Shown here piece by piece: positions 19,111-28,606 of a stretch of 64,000 bases of DNA. The stretch's first letter is position 1. Each line of letters begins with the position of its first letter. This DNA comes from an uncultured Thermoanaerobaculia bacterium (GTDB taxonomy: Bacteria; Acidobacteriota; Thermoanaerobaculia; Multivoradales; Multivoraceae). Position numbers and translations under genes: made by a program. Below the pieces are notes generated by a model. It saw only the letters and a list, made by a program, of their open reading frames with translations, was not told where the DNA came from and did not search any database. The stretch spans positions 1,138,527 to 1,202,526 of the forward strand of contig OX638294.1 of the NCBI GenBank assembly GCA_951812325.1. The letters are read 5' to 3'.

Positions 19111-21077
19111 CCGAAGTTCTTGAGCTTCTGCGGCCCCGTGATGGTCGATAGTCGTTGCCAGGCTTGGGTTTGCGGGTTGTTGGCCGGTCGTTCGGGGGCG
19201 CATATCGTAGCCATGTAAAAATGAGAGAAGAGGTAGACAGTCACGACGATCTAGAGTACAATGCGAAGCCATGTACATCGAGAGCATACGCAACCGGAAC
19301 TCGCCGCCTGCCGTCCTGCTTCGAGAGTCCTACCGCGAGCACGGCAAGGTCAAGAAGCGCACACTCGCCAACCTCTCCAAGTGGCCGGACCATCTCGTCG
19401 AGGGGCTGAGGACCCTCCTCAGGGGCGGCGTCGCACTGCCGTCTCTCGATGCCGCCTTCGACATCGTCCGCGCCAGACCGCATGGACACGTTGCCGCCAC
19501 GCTCGGCGCCGCCAGACGGGTCGGTATCGAGCCCTTGCTCGACCGGAGGCGGTCGAGACAACGCAGCCTCGCGACCGCGATGATCGCCGCGCGCATCCTC
19601 GATCCCCGGTCCAAACTCGCGACCGCGCGAGGACTCGCGTCCGAAACGATCACTTCGACCCTCGGTGAAGAACTCGGTGTCGAGGAGGCGTCGGCCAGCG
19701 AGCTCTACGAGGCGATGGACTGGCTGCTCAAGCGGCAACCGCGAATCGAGCGGCGCCTGGCCAAGCGCCACCTCGAGGAAGGAGCCCTGGTCCTCTGCGA
19801 CCTGACCTCGGTCTACTTCGAGGGCTCGTCCTGCGAGCTTGCCGTGCACGGGTACTCCAGAGACCGCAAACGGGGCAAGGTGCAGATCACCTTCGGCCTG
19901 CTCTGCAACCAGGACGGCTGCCCCGTGGGGGTCGAAGTCTTCTCGGGCAATACCGCGGACCCCTCGACAGTGGCCGCGCAGGTGCACAAGCTCAAGGAAC
20001 GCTTCTCGCTGGACCGGGTGGTCATGGTCGGCGACCGCGGCATGATCACCGATGCGCGCATCAGGGAGGACCTCGACCCCTCCGGACTCACGTGGATCAG
20101 CGCCTTGCGGGCGCCGGCGATCCGCTCCCTGGCCGAACAGGGCCACCTGCAGCTGTCTCTCTTCGACGAGAGAGGCCTCGCCGAGATCAGCGCTCCGGAG
20201 CTCTTCCCCTCAGAGCGGCTGATCGCGTGCAGGAACCCCCTGCTGGCCGACGAACGCGCCCGCAAGCGCCAGGAACTGCTCTCCTCCACCGAGGTCCAGC
20301 TCGAAGCCATCGTCAAGGCCACACGGCGCCAGAAGAACCCCTTGCGCGGCAAGGTCAAGATCGCCGCACGCGCCACGCGCGCCCTCGACCGCTTCAAGGT
20401 CGCAAAGCACTTCGAAACCGAGATCGAGGACGACAGCTTCAGCTATCGCCGCAATCAGGCACGCATCGACGAGGAAGCCGCACTCGACGGCTTCTACATC
20501 ATCCGCACCAACGTCCCCGAGGACCAACTGACCGCGGCCGATGCCGTGCGCTCCTACAAGAGCCTCAGCCGCGTCGAACGCGCCTTCAGGAGCCTGAAGA
20601 GCGTCGACCTCAAGGTGCGGCCCATCTACCATCGACTCGACGACCGGGTACGCGCCCATGTCTTCCTGTGCATGCTCGCCTACTACGTCGAGTGGCACAT
20701 GAGGCGCGCACTCGCACCCCTGCTCTTCGACGACGAAGACCACGACCACAACACCCGATCACCCGTCCTGCCCGCCCGCAGATCGGCCACCGCCATGGCC
20801 AAGGTCAACTCAAGGCGAACCACCCACGGATTCCCCGTACACAGCTTCCAGACACTCCTCGCCGACCTCGCCACGCTCACACGCAACCGGGTCCGAATCC
20901 AGCAAGCCGGCGACTCCACTGCCGATCTGCTGGCCACGCCAACACCTCTTCAGAACCAGGCCCTCAAACTCCTGGGCGTGAAACCCTGAGGACACGTACC
21001 CAGTAGGCTGCAACCCCAAATCGACGAAAAACCCCACCACTACAGGGGATTCCTCGATTCCGCGCCGAGAACTTCGG
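19111..21077 (+). mobile_element. IS1634-family (IS4 superfamily) insertion sequence, about 1.96 kb, with imperfect terminal inverted repeats and a target-site duplication
   Basis: Left end CCGAAGTTCTTGAGC and right end GCCGAGAACTTCGG (reverse complement CCGAAGTTCTCGGC) are flanked by a duplicated CCTAAG / GCCTAAGCC (6-9 bp; the exact boundary is ambiguous). The uninterrupted target GGCGGCCTAAGCCGGAATCAGGTCT is present in the paralogous locus at about 26310-26336. Confidence 0.8.
19271..20989 (+). CDS. IS1634-family DDE transposase
   Basis: 572 aa. MYIESIRNRNSPPAVLLRESYREHGKVKKRTLANLSKWPDHLVEGLR is the hallmark N-terminus of IS1634/IS1549-type transposases. The DDE region is downstream. Confidence 0.9.
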   Translation: MYIESIRNRNSPPAVLLRESYREHGKVKKRTLANLSKWPDHLVEGLRTLLRGGVALPSLDAAFDIVRARPHGHVAATLGAARRVGIEPLLDRRRSRQRSLATAMIAARILDPRSKLATARGLASETITSTLGEELGVEEASASELYEAMDWLLKRQPRIERRLAKRHLEEGALVLCDLTSVYFEGSSCELAVHGYSRDRKRGKVQITFGLLCNQDGCPVGVEVFSGNTADPSTVAAQVHKLKERFSLDRVVMVGDRGMITDARIREDLDPSGLTWISALRAPAIRSLAEQGHLQLSLFDERGLAEISAPELFPSERLIACRNPLLADERARKRQELLSSTEVQLEAIVKATRRQKNPLRGKVKIAARATRALDRFKVAKHFETEIEDDSFSYRRNQARIDEEAALDGFYIIRTNVPEDQLTAADAVRSYKSLSRVERAFRSLKSVDLKVRPIYHRLDDRVRAHVFLCMLAYYVEWHMRRALAPLLFDDEDHDHNTRSPVLPARRSATAMAKVNSRRTTHGFPVHSFQTLLADLATLTRNRVRIQQAGDSTADLLATPTPLQNQALKLLGVKP

Positions 21078-21089
21078 CCTAAGCCGGAA

Positions 21090-21914
21090 TCAGGTCTGGA
21101 CCATCGTCTCCAGGTAGACGCCCTCGAGATCCGCCTGATCCAGGGCCTCCCGATCCAGGATGCGCTCCATCCTGCCCTTGCGCATGATGCCGACCCGGTC
21201 GCAGAGACTCTGCGCCCGGAGCAGGTCGTGGGTGCAGATCAGGATCGCGGCGCCGTCGCAACGCATCCCGTCCAGCAGGGTCAAAAGGTCCGCTGCCGCC
21301 TTCGGATCGAGACCTGACGTGGGTTCGTCCAGGAGAATCGCGGGCGCGCTGCGAATCACCGCCACCGCCAGACCGACACGCTGACGCATGCCCTTCGAGA
21401 ACCGGTCGACGCGCCGATCAAGGACATCCTCGGCCAGCCCCACACGAAGAAGCGCCTCGCGAACGCGGTCCCTGGTCGGCGACACTCGCTGGCCCACCGC
21501 GCTGAAGAACTCCGCGTTCTGCACCGCGGTCAACGCCGGGTAGAGGGCCACGTTCTCGGGAATGAGGTCGAGGCGGCGCTTTGCTCTGCGAGGCTCGCGG
21601 GCGACCTCGATCCCGTCGATCAGGGCGCGGCCACCCGTGGGTCGGATGAAGTCGAGGAACATGTTGATCGTCGTCGTCTTGCCGGCGCCGTTCGGCCCCA
21701 TCATGCCGAGAATCTCTCCCGGCGCCACTTCGAAATCCACGCCGTCGACGGCAAGCGTGTCGAACAGCATCATCGGTACACGCTGCTCGTATGGAACGGA
21801 AACGATCGTCGGCTCCAGCAGCACGCCTTCCTGATGGCCGCGAACGGTCTTGAGGCTGACGATCGTGCCGACGGCAGCTCCGCCCGTCTCGCGGCGCGTC
21901 CTCCCGCTCACCAA
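21090..21914 (-). CDS. Chimeric ABC transporter ATP-binding protein (copy A). The ATPase lacks its native N-terminus and is fused to a fragment of the periplasmic-protein gene; possibly a pseudogene
   Basis: From AVDGVDFEVAPGEILGMMGPNGAGKTT to the C-terminus it is identical to the ATPase at 26337-27071. Residues about 17-50 (IVSLKTVRGHQEGVLLEPTIVSVPYEQRVPMMLFD) match an internal segment of the 27068-28606 protein. Walker A/B and the signature motifs are intact. Confidence 0.6.
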   Translation of the reverse strand: MVSGRTRRETGGAAVGTIVSLKTVRGHQEGVLLEPTIVSVPYEQRVPMMLFDTLAVDGVDFEVAPGEILGMMGPNGAGKTTTINMFLDFIRPTGGRALIDGIEVAREPRRAKRRLDLIPENVALYPALTAVQNAEFFSAVGQRVSPTRDRVREALLRVGLAEDVLDRRVDRFSKGMRQRVGLAVAVIRSAPAILLDEPTSGLDPKAAADLLTLLDGMRCDGAAILICTHDLLRAQSLCDRVGIMRKGRMERILDREALDQADLEGVYLETMVQT

Positions 21915-21935
21915 TCGCGAACCGGCCGCGGACGG

Positions 21936-23393
21936 TCATCGGCAGTCATAGCGCTGAAAGCGCAGGAAGGTGAACGCACCCGCCACGCCGACGAAGAGGA
22001 GCATCCACAGCTGGTCCTGAAGCGTCTGGGCCGCCAACTCCGCCGTGCTCGGCGGTCGCCAGACAAACCGGGGCATCTCGTCCGCGGGCGCCGGCACCTC
22101 CGAGTAGTCCAGCGTGCTCAGTGCTTGCAGCACGTACTCCTCGCCATCGTCGTCGGTCACAATGGCCTTGGCGCCGCTCCGGAACGCCGCCTCCCGGTGC
22201 AACTGGCGTTGGTTCAGCACGAAAGACGTGAACACCGGCTTGAACCCGGACAACTGGCGACGGAACTCCCTCCGCCCGGATGAGCCGGTAACCGCCAAGC
22301 GGTTCATCGCGCCGCGCACGAGAGTGTGGGGCGACAAAACGCCCCAACGATCGATCCACTCCTCCTGGGCGGCGAATTGCAGCAGATGCTGGCTGCGCAG
22401 CTCGGCATAACCCTCCTCCCTTTCCCGCAGGGCTGCTTCCTGGTCGACCCACATCTTCGACTCGAGATCCCGGATCCGGCGACGTTTCTCGGCGGAGGAA
22501 ATCTCTGGCGTGCGAACGATTTCCTGAAGCGGCATGGAGGAAACAGCCAGCCGCATTCGGTAGGCCTGCTGGTGAACGGAGATGTTCCGCTGGAACGTCA
22601 TCTCCGATTCGACCGGATGAAACACAGAGGCCAGAACAACGATGAGCCCCGGCACGGCCAAGGCCAGGAGCGACCATGCGCCGACCGCCCGCTGCAGAGC
22701 GGACTCGGGCATCGACGTACTCACCGAGGCCGCCATCCCGAGCAACACGTTGAAAAGCAGGAACACGACAAACTGCACCACGGCCAGGACCAGAACCAGC
22801 CCCTGCGAGGCAGTCGGAAGCAGACCACCGCCGATCACGGCAACCGCGAGTCCCGCGAGGACGCCGAGCACCAGGGATGCGGACACGACAAGGAAGCAAG
22901 CCAGCATCTTGCTCAGGATGAGTGGTACGCGCCCCGTTGGCCGACTCGCCAGGACCCGCAAGGTTCCGGCAGCCTTCTCCCCCGCCACCGCATCGAAACT
23001 CAGGGCTACCGCCATCAAGCTGTAGAAGAAGATGACGACCGCCGTCCAGTCAAGCGGTTCGGCGGCAAAGAGAAACGAGCGATCGGAAACCTCCGTCTCG
23101 AACACGTCGACGAGATGCGGACGAACGACTGCGGCTTCGCCCCACTGCTCCCTGGACCCGCCGCGCAGGAAACCCAGGGAAGGAGCCGGTCTGGGGACGA
23201 CGACCCGTTCCAGATTCGCGGTGCTCTCTGCCTTGTGCGCCAGCCGCGACCAACTGGAGCGCAGCTCCCGAACCTCGTCAAGGTGAATCAGCGTCGCGGC
23301 CACGATCAGCAGAGGACCGGCAACGAACAGCACCAAAAGCCGATAGCTGCGGAGGTACCTCGCGAGCTCCCAGCGAATCAGATGACCGAGCAC
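21936..23393 (-). CDS. ABC-2-type transporter permease with a large extramembrane domain (copy A, large permease; DUF3526-like)
   Basis: 485 aa, hydrophobic helices at both ends, paralogue of 28606-30060 (about 50% identity by eye). Tightly linked to the ATPase. Confidence 0.65.
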   Translation of the reverse strand: MLGHLIRWELARYLRSYRLLVLFVAGPLLIVAATLIHLDEVRELRSSWSRLAHKAESTANLERVVVPRPAPSLGFLRGGSREQWGEAAVVRPHLVDVFETEVSDRSFLFAAEPLDWTAVVIFFYSLMAVALSFDAVAGEKAAGTLRVLASRPTGRVPLILSKMLACFLVVSASLVLGVLAGLAVAVIGGGLLPTASQGLVLVLAVVQFVVFLLFNVLLGMAASVSTSMPESALQRAVGAWSLLALAVPGLIVVLASVFHPVESEMTFQRNISVHQQAYRMRLAVSSMPLQEIVRTPEISSAEKRRRIRDLESKMWVDQEAALREREEGYAELRSQHLLQFAAQEEWIDRWGVLSPHTLVRGAMNRLAVTGSSGRREFRRQLSGFKPVFTSFVLNQRQLHREAAFRSGAKAIVTDDDGEEYVLQALSTLDYSEVPAPADEMPRFVWRPPSTAELAAQTLQDQLWMLLFVGVAGAFTFLRFQRYDCR

Positions 23394-23419
23394 GCCCGCC
23401 TACCCGCCACCGCTTCGGC

Positions 23420-24676
23420 TCAGCAAACGTCCAGACGTTCAAGACCGACGCCAGCCGCGAGCAGCAGCGCGACGGTCCCGAAAGCGAGCGCTCCTGCCGG
23501 AAGGCTCGCCTGACGTAGGGAACTGCCGATGGAGACCGACTCGTGAACCGGCTCCGGCAAGCCCCCGATGTCGAGCGGCTCACCGTAAACCGACCGTTTC
23601 TCTCGCTCCGGGTAAAGAGCGAGTTTGCCGGCTTGCCAGGCAATGAAGGACCTCTCGGCCGAGTCGACCTGGCGCCGAAAGTGCTCGTGATCGGCGGGCG
23701 AGGTACCTGCCAGCACCTGACCGCCATCGAGAAAGGCGGTAAACGGCAGCAGCACCGCCAAGCGCCGGTAGTACCGATACGCCATAACCTGAATGTTCCG
23801 CCCCGCCATCGAGCGGTTCCGGTCCTCCTCAAGGTTCTCAACCCCGGCAACGACAGACGCCGACGCCACCGGAACGGTCGGCGCCAGCCGGGATGCCGCC
23901 CACCCGGCAAGCTGTGGGTAGAGCGCCGCAGAAAACGCCCACACCAGGACCCCCACCACGAGCGAGGTTTCCACCTGCCTGCAGACGACGGACAGCAGCA
24001 GAGAAAACGCCAGCCAGAAACAGCCGTAGAGCGCGACCAAGCCAAAGAAGAACCCTGCCCGCCACCACTCTTCCCCTTCCAGAGGCGGGCCGGCTCCGGT
24101 CGCCGCCCACACCAGAAAACCAAGCAACAACATCGAACACGGCAGGACCACGGTCAGCACGCCCCCGACGAACTCGCCCGTCAGCAGGGTCGACCGCGGC
24201 AGCCCTCTGGCCAGCTGCTGCTTGAGCGTGCCCTTCTCACGCTCGCCGTTGACCACCGCATGGCCGGCGACCAGGCATGAAAAGCCGAACACCAGCGCCA
24301 GCACCCACGCCAGATCCACGTTCAGGCGCCGCGCATCCTCCACCACCGGCCGATCCCGCCGCGTGATCCGAGGCTCACCAAACCGACCCGGAATCGCAGC
24401 CCTTGATCCCAACTGCTCTCCCACGCCTCGACTCAGGAGGCTGAGCACCGCCGGAGGCCGCTCCAGGCCAAGCTCGAGTTGCATGTAGACCTGAGCCCTC
24501 TCGAAAGACATCTGGCCGGCCAGACGGCTGGCCTCGAATAATCGAACCCGTTCCTGATAGTCGATCCAGGAAACCTGGACGGTTGCGCCAACCATCACGG
24601 CGCCAACGGCCCAAGTCCCCAAGAACCAACCGTTCTGCAGGCTCAGCCTGAGTCGCTTGAGCGCAACAATCCACAT
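23420..24676 (-). CDS. ABC-2-type transporter permease (copy A, second permease)
   Basis: 418 aa membrane protein, paralogue of 30067-31329 (MWIVALKRLRLSLQNGW.. versus MLRIALKRCRLSARSGW..). Confidence 0.65.
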   Translation of the reverse strand: MWIVALKRLRLSLQNGWFLGTWAVGAVMVGATVQVSWIDYQERVRLFEASRLAGQMSFERAQVYMQLELGLERPPAVLSLLSRGVGEQLGSRAAIPGRFGEPRITRRDRPVVEDARRLNVDLAWVLALVFGFSCLVAGHAVVNGEREKGTLKQQLARGLPRSTLLTGEFVGGVLTVVLPCSMLLLGFLVWAATGAGPPLEGEEWWRAGFFFGLVALYGCFWLAFSLLLSVVCRQVETSLVVGVLVWAFSAALYPQLAGWAASRLAPTVPVASASVVAGVENLEEDRNRSMAGRNIQVMAYRYYRRLAVLLPFTAFLDGGQVLAGTSPADHEHFRRQVDSAERSFIAWQAGKLALYPEREKRSVYGEPLDIGGLPEPVHESVSIGSSLRQASLPAGALAFGTVALLLAAGVGLERLDVC

Positions 24677-24767
24677 GGCCCTCAGTCCGCAGACGCCCCT
24701 CCCAAACCCCGGATCCCCAGCAACGGACCAAACTCGCAGGCTCTCTGGGGTTGACCCACTGAGTGGA

Positions 24768-25865
24768 CTACCGAATCCAGTCCGTCACCGGCGGAAGTTC
24801 TGCCCGCCAAAGCGACGAAAAACCAGTAAACCAAGCGACGCCATCCGCAACCGAGACGGATCCGAAACTGGCCTGGGCGCCGCGCTGCCTGAGAATCCCG
24901 AGCTGGCCTCCGGTCGGAGACAGAACGTACAACTCGCGGCCCCCTACAAGGCAGAAAACGAGGCCCGTCCGCGAGTCAACAGCCACACCCGTCAGCATGG
25001 GAAGCGCGTTGATTCCGTCGGTCGCCAGGTTCTCGGTGATCCAAGGCGTCCAGGCTTCCCGCTCTTGCATCGCCACGCCCATCAGGTCGCCAATAAGCCG
25101 ACCCCGAAGACGTGTCTGAAACTCAAGTTCCCCGTCAACCGAGTACCGAGAAACGACAGGAGCCGCCGTGAACGCTGCCACCAGGGCATCGGACGGCGCG
25201 ACCGCCATGACGACGCGGTTCAGTCGCACGGCGAAGCGCCGGTCTCGGCAGCGGCTGTGTTGATCGCAATCAGGATACACATCGCCCGGCCTCAGGAGTT
25301 CCCCGATCAGAAGTTGCCTGTCGCCGAGTGGCGAGTAGCGCACGATTACCGAACCTTGGCGAGGTTGATTCAGAAACATCCGGCCCTTTGAGTCAAGCGC
25401 AATCGAATAGCTGTGCCAAGCTTCGGCGTCGTCCGGCGTCGTTCCCTGCAAGACGGTGTCCAGAGAGCCACCGGTCCGAAGGGAATAGCCGTGGATGGAC
25501 ATCAGACCGGCGGTCGAAACCAATCGTACCGTATCCGCGCTTCCGACAGCGAAATCCATCGGAAAGCGCATCTCTCCCGGCCCCTGTCCGACGCGGCCGA
25601 GCTGCCGCTTGATCGCGCCAGATGCATCAAGATCAAGCAGGCGATGGTTCAATCGCTCCAGCAGGAGAAAACCATCATCATGAGGCGTCAGACGATAGGC
25701 GCCATTCACCGTCAGATCTTCAAAGACGCGAACCGGCTCAAAGGTTCCTTCCGGAACCTCTTCTGTTTCTTCTGACGCCGACGCAACCCTCGCCACAACA
25801 AACAGACAAAGTGACGCAAACGCCAAAAGAATGATGCGGCGCGCGCTACTGCCTGTGAGCATTTG
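24768..25865 (-). CDS. Secreted hypothetical protein (beta-propeller-like)
   Basis: Signal peptide MLTGSSARRIILLAFASLCLFVVARVASA chosen as the start, because the longer ORF start overlaps the upstream gene. No diagnostic motif. Confidence 0.45.
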   Translation of the reverse strand, partial: QMLTGSSARRIILLAFASLCLFVVARVASASEETEEVPEGTFEPVRVFEDLTVNGAYRLTPHDDGFLLLERLNHRLLDLDASGAIKRQLGRVGQGPGEMRFPMDFAVGSADTVRLVSTAGLMSIHGYSLRTGGSLDTVLQGTTPDDAEAWHSYSIALDSKGRMFLNQPRQGSVIVRYSPLGDRQLLIGELLRPGDVYPDCDQHSRCRDRRFAVRLNRVVMAVAPSDALVAAFTAAPVVSRYSVDGELEFQTRLRGRLIGDLMGVAMQEREAWTPWITENLATDGINALPMLTGVAVDSRTGLVFCLVGGRELYVLSPTGGQLGILRQRGAQASFGSVSVADGVAWFTGFSSLWRAELPPVTDWIR

Positions 25866-26163
25866 GCACCTCCAGTTCGTCTTCAATCGTCGACACCGCC
25901 TGCACCCGGCGGTGATACAGCAGAATCCCGAGACCTCCGCCGAACCCATGTTCAGCAGCCACATTCTGCCGGCCTTCGGAACTTTCAACTCTCCAGTCCG
26001 GCATCCGCTCGCCGTAAACCGCTACGGTCCCCGAAGGGCGCAGCATGTAGAACAACCAAGCGACGCTGACTAACGCACTCCCTACGACAAGCCCGCCGAC
26101 CAAGGACTCGCGCCAAGGGAACTTGTGACGGGGTCTGGCGTGGGGCATACGGTACTCAGCCAC
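25846..26163 (-). CDS. Small single-pass membrane protein, hypothetical
   Basis: 105 aa with one TM helix (LVGGLVVGSALVSVAWLFYML). Its stop overlaps the downstream start, suggesting translational coupling. Confidence 0.35.
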   Translation of the reverse strand: MAEYRMPHARPRHKFPWRESLVGGLVVGSALVSVAWLFYMLRPSGTVAVYGERMPDWRVESSEGRQNVAAEHGFGGGLGILLYHRRVQAVSTIEDELEVPNAHRQ

Positions 26164-26336
26164 TTGACTACAACGGTCGAGGAAGCCACGAGAAGGTCTG
26201 AGAAGAGAGTCTAGGGTCGGAGGCCTTCACCTGTCAAGTGCCAGAGCTGTCCAGCGTTCGGCGTTGCCCGGCTGCTGTTCGCTTCGTGACGAGGCCTCGA
26301 TTCGCGGACTCTTGCCGCGGGCGGCCTAAGCCGGAA

Positions 26337-27071
26337 TCAGGTCTCGACCATCGTCTCCAGGTAGACGCGCTCCAGATCCGCCTGATCCAGGGCCTCCCGA
26401 TCCAGGATGCGCTCCATCCTGCCCTTGCGCATGATGCCGACCCGGTCGCAGAGACTCTGCGCCCGGAGCAGGTCGTGGGTGCAGATCAGGATCGCGGCGC
26501 CGTCGCAACGCATCCCGTCCAGCAGGGTCAAAAGGTCCGCTGCCGCCTTCGGATCGAGACCTGACGTGGGTTCGTCCAGGAGAATCGCGGGCGCGCTGCG
26601 AATCACCGCGACCGCCAGACCGACACGCTGACGCATGCCCTTCGAGAACCGGTCGACGCGCCGATCAAGGACATCCTCGGCCAGCCCCACACGAAGAAGC
26701 GCCTCGCGAACGCGGTCCCTGGTCGGCGACACTCGCTGGCCCACCGCGCTGAAGAACTCCGCGTTCTGCACCGCGGTCAACGCCGGGTAGAGGGCCACGT
26801 TCTCGGGAATGAGGTCGAGGCGGCGCTTTGCTCTGCGAGGCTCGCGGGCGACCTCGATCCCGTCGATCAGGGCGCGGCCACCCGTGGGTCGGATGAAGTC
26901 GAGGAACATGTTGATCGTCGTCGTCTTGCCGGCGCCGTTCGGCCCCATCATGCCGAGAATCTCTCCCGGCGCCACTTCGAAATCCACGCCGTCGACGGCA
27001 AGCGTGCCGTCCTCGAACCTCTTCGTGAGTCCGATTGCCTTGATCACTGTCGACTCTCCAATGTGGGTCAG
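26337..27071 (-). CDS. ABC transporter ATP-binding protein (copy B, intact)
   Basis: IKAIGLTKRFEDGTLAVDGVDFEVAPGEILGMMGPNGAGKTT (Walker A), LSKGMRQRV signature, and ILLDEPTSGLD Walker B. The start is taken as the TTG/GTG just after the upstream gene's stop; the ORF track's longer start at 27152 overlaps that gene. Confidence 0.85.
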   Translation of the reverse strand: MTHIGESTVIKAIGLTKRFEDGTLAVDGVDFEVAPGEILGMMGPNGAGKTTTINMFLDFIRPTGGRALIDGIEVAREPRRAKRRLDLIPENVALYPALTAVQNAEFFSAVGQRVSPTRDRVREALLRVGLAEDVLDRRVDRFSKGMRQRVGLAVAVIRSAPAILLDEPTSGLDPKAAADLLTLLDGMRCDGAAILICTHDLLRAQSLCDRVGIMRKGRMERILDREALDQADLERVYLETMVET

Positions 27072-28606
27072 CGTCGGCTGAGGAGGATGCCGCCCCGGAT
27101 CAGCGCCGCGAGCAGCGCCACCACGGCAGCCAAAAGAAGCAACGCCAGCCACGGATTGCGGGCTGCCGTCACGTGAATGCGAACTGTCTTGGGATCGCTC
27201 TCCACCAGACGATCACCAGCCAGCGTGCCGACGACGATCGTCCCTTCGTAGTCCCCCAGGATCACGTCGGCGGGCGGCGCAAGCGTCACGTTGACCGCTT
27301 CGCCGGTGCCGGGGGCGAGCGCATCGAACAGCCGCGGTTCCGCTCCCACCCGCCAACCGAACGGCGCCTCGACAACGACTTCCACCTGCTCGAGATCCAG
27401 ACTGCCCGCATTGACGATCCTGACTTCGAACGAGCCGGTATCGCCGCGCAGAATCTCCTGGTAGAGGTTCGCCGCCTCGACCTCGAGCGCGGCGACACCG
27501 CGCGGAATGAGCTCCAGATCCAGCCTGCCCCCGCCTCCGGCCGCGTCACGGTCGGGCTCGAACAACACGGAGAACGGAATCGACGTGCCCGGCTGCACCG
27601 CAGCCGTCGGTCGACTCGGCAACGTCAGCGCCAGACGCAGACTGCGGCTGGTCACCCCCTCCGACAGGAACATCTGACTGAACGTCGCCTCGGTCTCGGG
27701 ATCAAAGAGCCGCGCCGCAACTTCGGGCGGAAGACCCTCAAGCCGCACTCCGTACGTCGCGTCATCGACGTCGAAGCGCTCCACCTCAAGGACGAACTCG
27801 GCCTCTTCACCCAGTTCAGCGTCCAGGGCAAGCTGAGCGGAACGCACGACCAAGGGTTCCTCGGCGCCGGATCGCTTGCCCAACAGGACCTGTCGATCGT
27901 GGGTCTGATGATTGTAGCGAAGCTCGACGAGCAACTCCTCGACATCGGCCAGAAGAAGTCCGAAGTCGACGGTGGTCGGTTCGTCGAACAGCATCATCGG
28001 TACACGCTGCTCGTATGGAACGGAAACGATCGTCGGCTCCAGCAGCACGCCTTCCCGATGACCGCGAACGGTCTTGAGGCTGACGATCACGTTCGATACG
28101 CCGGTCGGAAGCGGCAGGTCCAGCAAACCGCCCGACTGCTGCTCGACCACTTCCGCCTCGACGCCGGAGGACCAGCGCGCCACCAGCTCCAGTTCGACAC
28201 GGGCCTCGCCGTCGGGCCGCCTGTACTTCCGGGCCGCGCGCAGGACGACCTCGGGATCCGCCGCGATCATCTCCAGATAGGCTTGTGCCAGATCGAGATC
28301 CGCGAGCCTGAGCTGCGCTTTCTCCGTATCCAGCTCCGCCTCGGAGAGCAGCTCGTTCTCGAACAGCTCCTCGGCGCGACCGAGCTGCTTCTCGGCTTCC
28401 TCGTACCTGATCCGGGCAGCCGCGTACTCGAGGCCAAGCCGACCCGAAGCCTCCGTCTGACCAGGCGCCGGCCCCGCCGCCGCGACGATCAGGAGGGCGG
28501 TAGCGGCCAGGCCCGCGAAACCGTCCCGGCGCCGCCTGAACCTGGCGGGCCAGGCCGCCTGGGGCCTGGCGGTAGCGGCGGCCGTTCGATCAAGAGCGGC
28601 GGGCAT
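27068..28606 (-). CDS. Periplasmic protein with N-terminal coiled coil, beta-sandwich-like repeats and a C-terminal TM anchor (component of the transporter locus)
   Basis: About 512 aa from the MMPAALDR start. There is an N-terminal signal/TM segment, a coiled-coil stretch (EEAEKQLGRAEELFENELLSEAELDTEKAQLRLADLDLAQ), and a C-terminal hydrophobic helix (WLALLLLAAVVALLAALI). It is absent from copy A apart from the fused fragment. Confidence 0.55.
   Translation of the reverse strand: MPAALDRTAAATARPQAAWPARFRRRRDGFAGLAATALLIVAAAGPAPGQTEASGRLGLEYAAARIRYEEAEKQLGRAEELFENELLSEAELDTEKAQLRLADLDLAQAYLEMIAADPEVVLRAARKYRRPDGEARVELELVARWSSGVEAEVVEQQSGGLLDLPLPTGVSNVIVSLKTVRGHREGVLLEPTIVSVPYEQRVPMMLFDEPTTVDFGLLLADVEELLVELRYNHQTHDRQVLLGKRSGAEEPLVVRSAQLALDAELGEEAEFVLEVERFDVDDATYGVRLEGLPPEVAARLFDPETEATFSQMFLSEGVTSRSLRLALTLPSRPTAAVQPGTSIPFSVLFEPDRDAAGGGGRLDLELIPRGVAALEVEAANLYQEILRGDTGSFEVRIVNAGSLDLEQVEVVVEAPFGWRVGAEPRLFDALAPGTGEAVNVTLAPPADVILGDYEGTIVVGTLAGDRLVESDPKTVRIHVTAARNPWLALLLLAAVVALLAALIRGGILLSRR

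Noticed and set aside
17955-19244. 429-aa minus-strand ORF
   Set aside because: Antisense to the PP-loop/AraC fusion gene, and it would run into the IS left end. It has no motifs.
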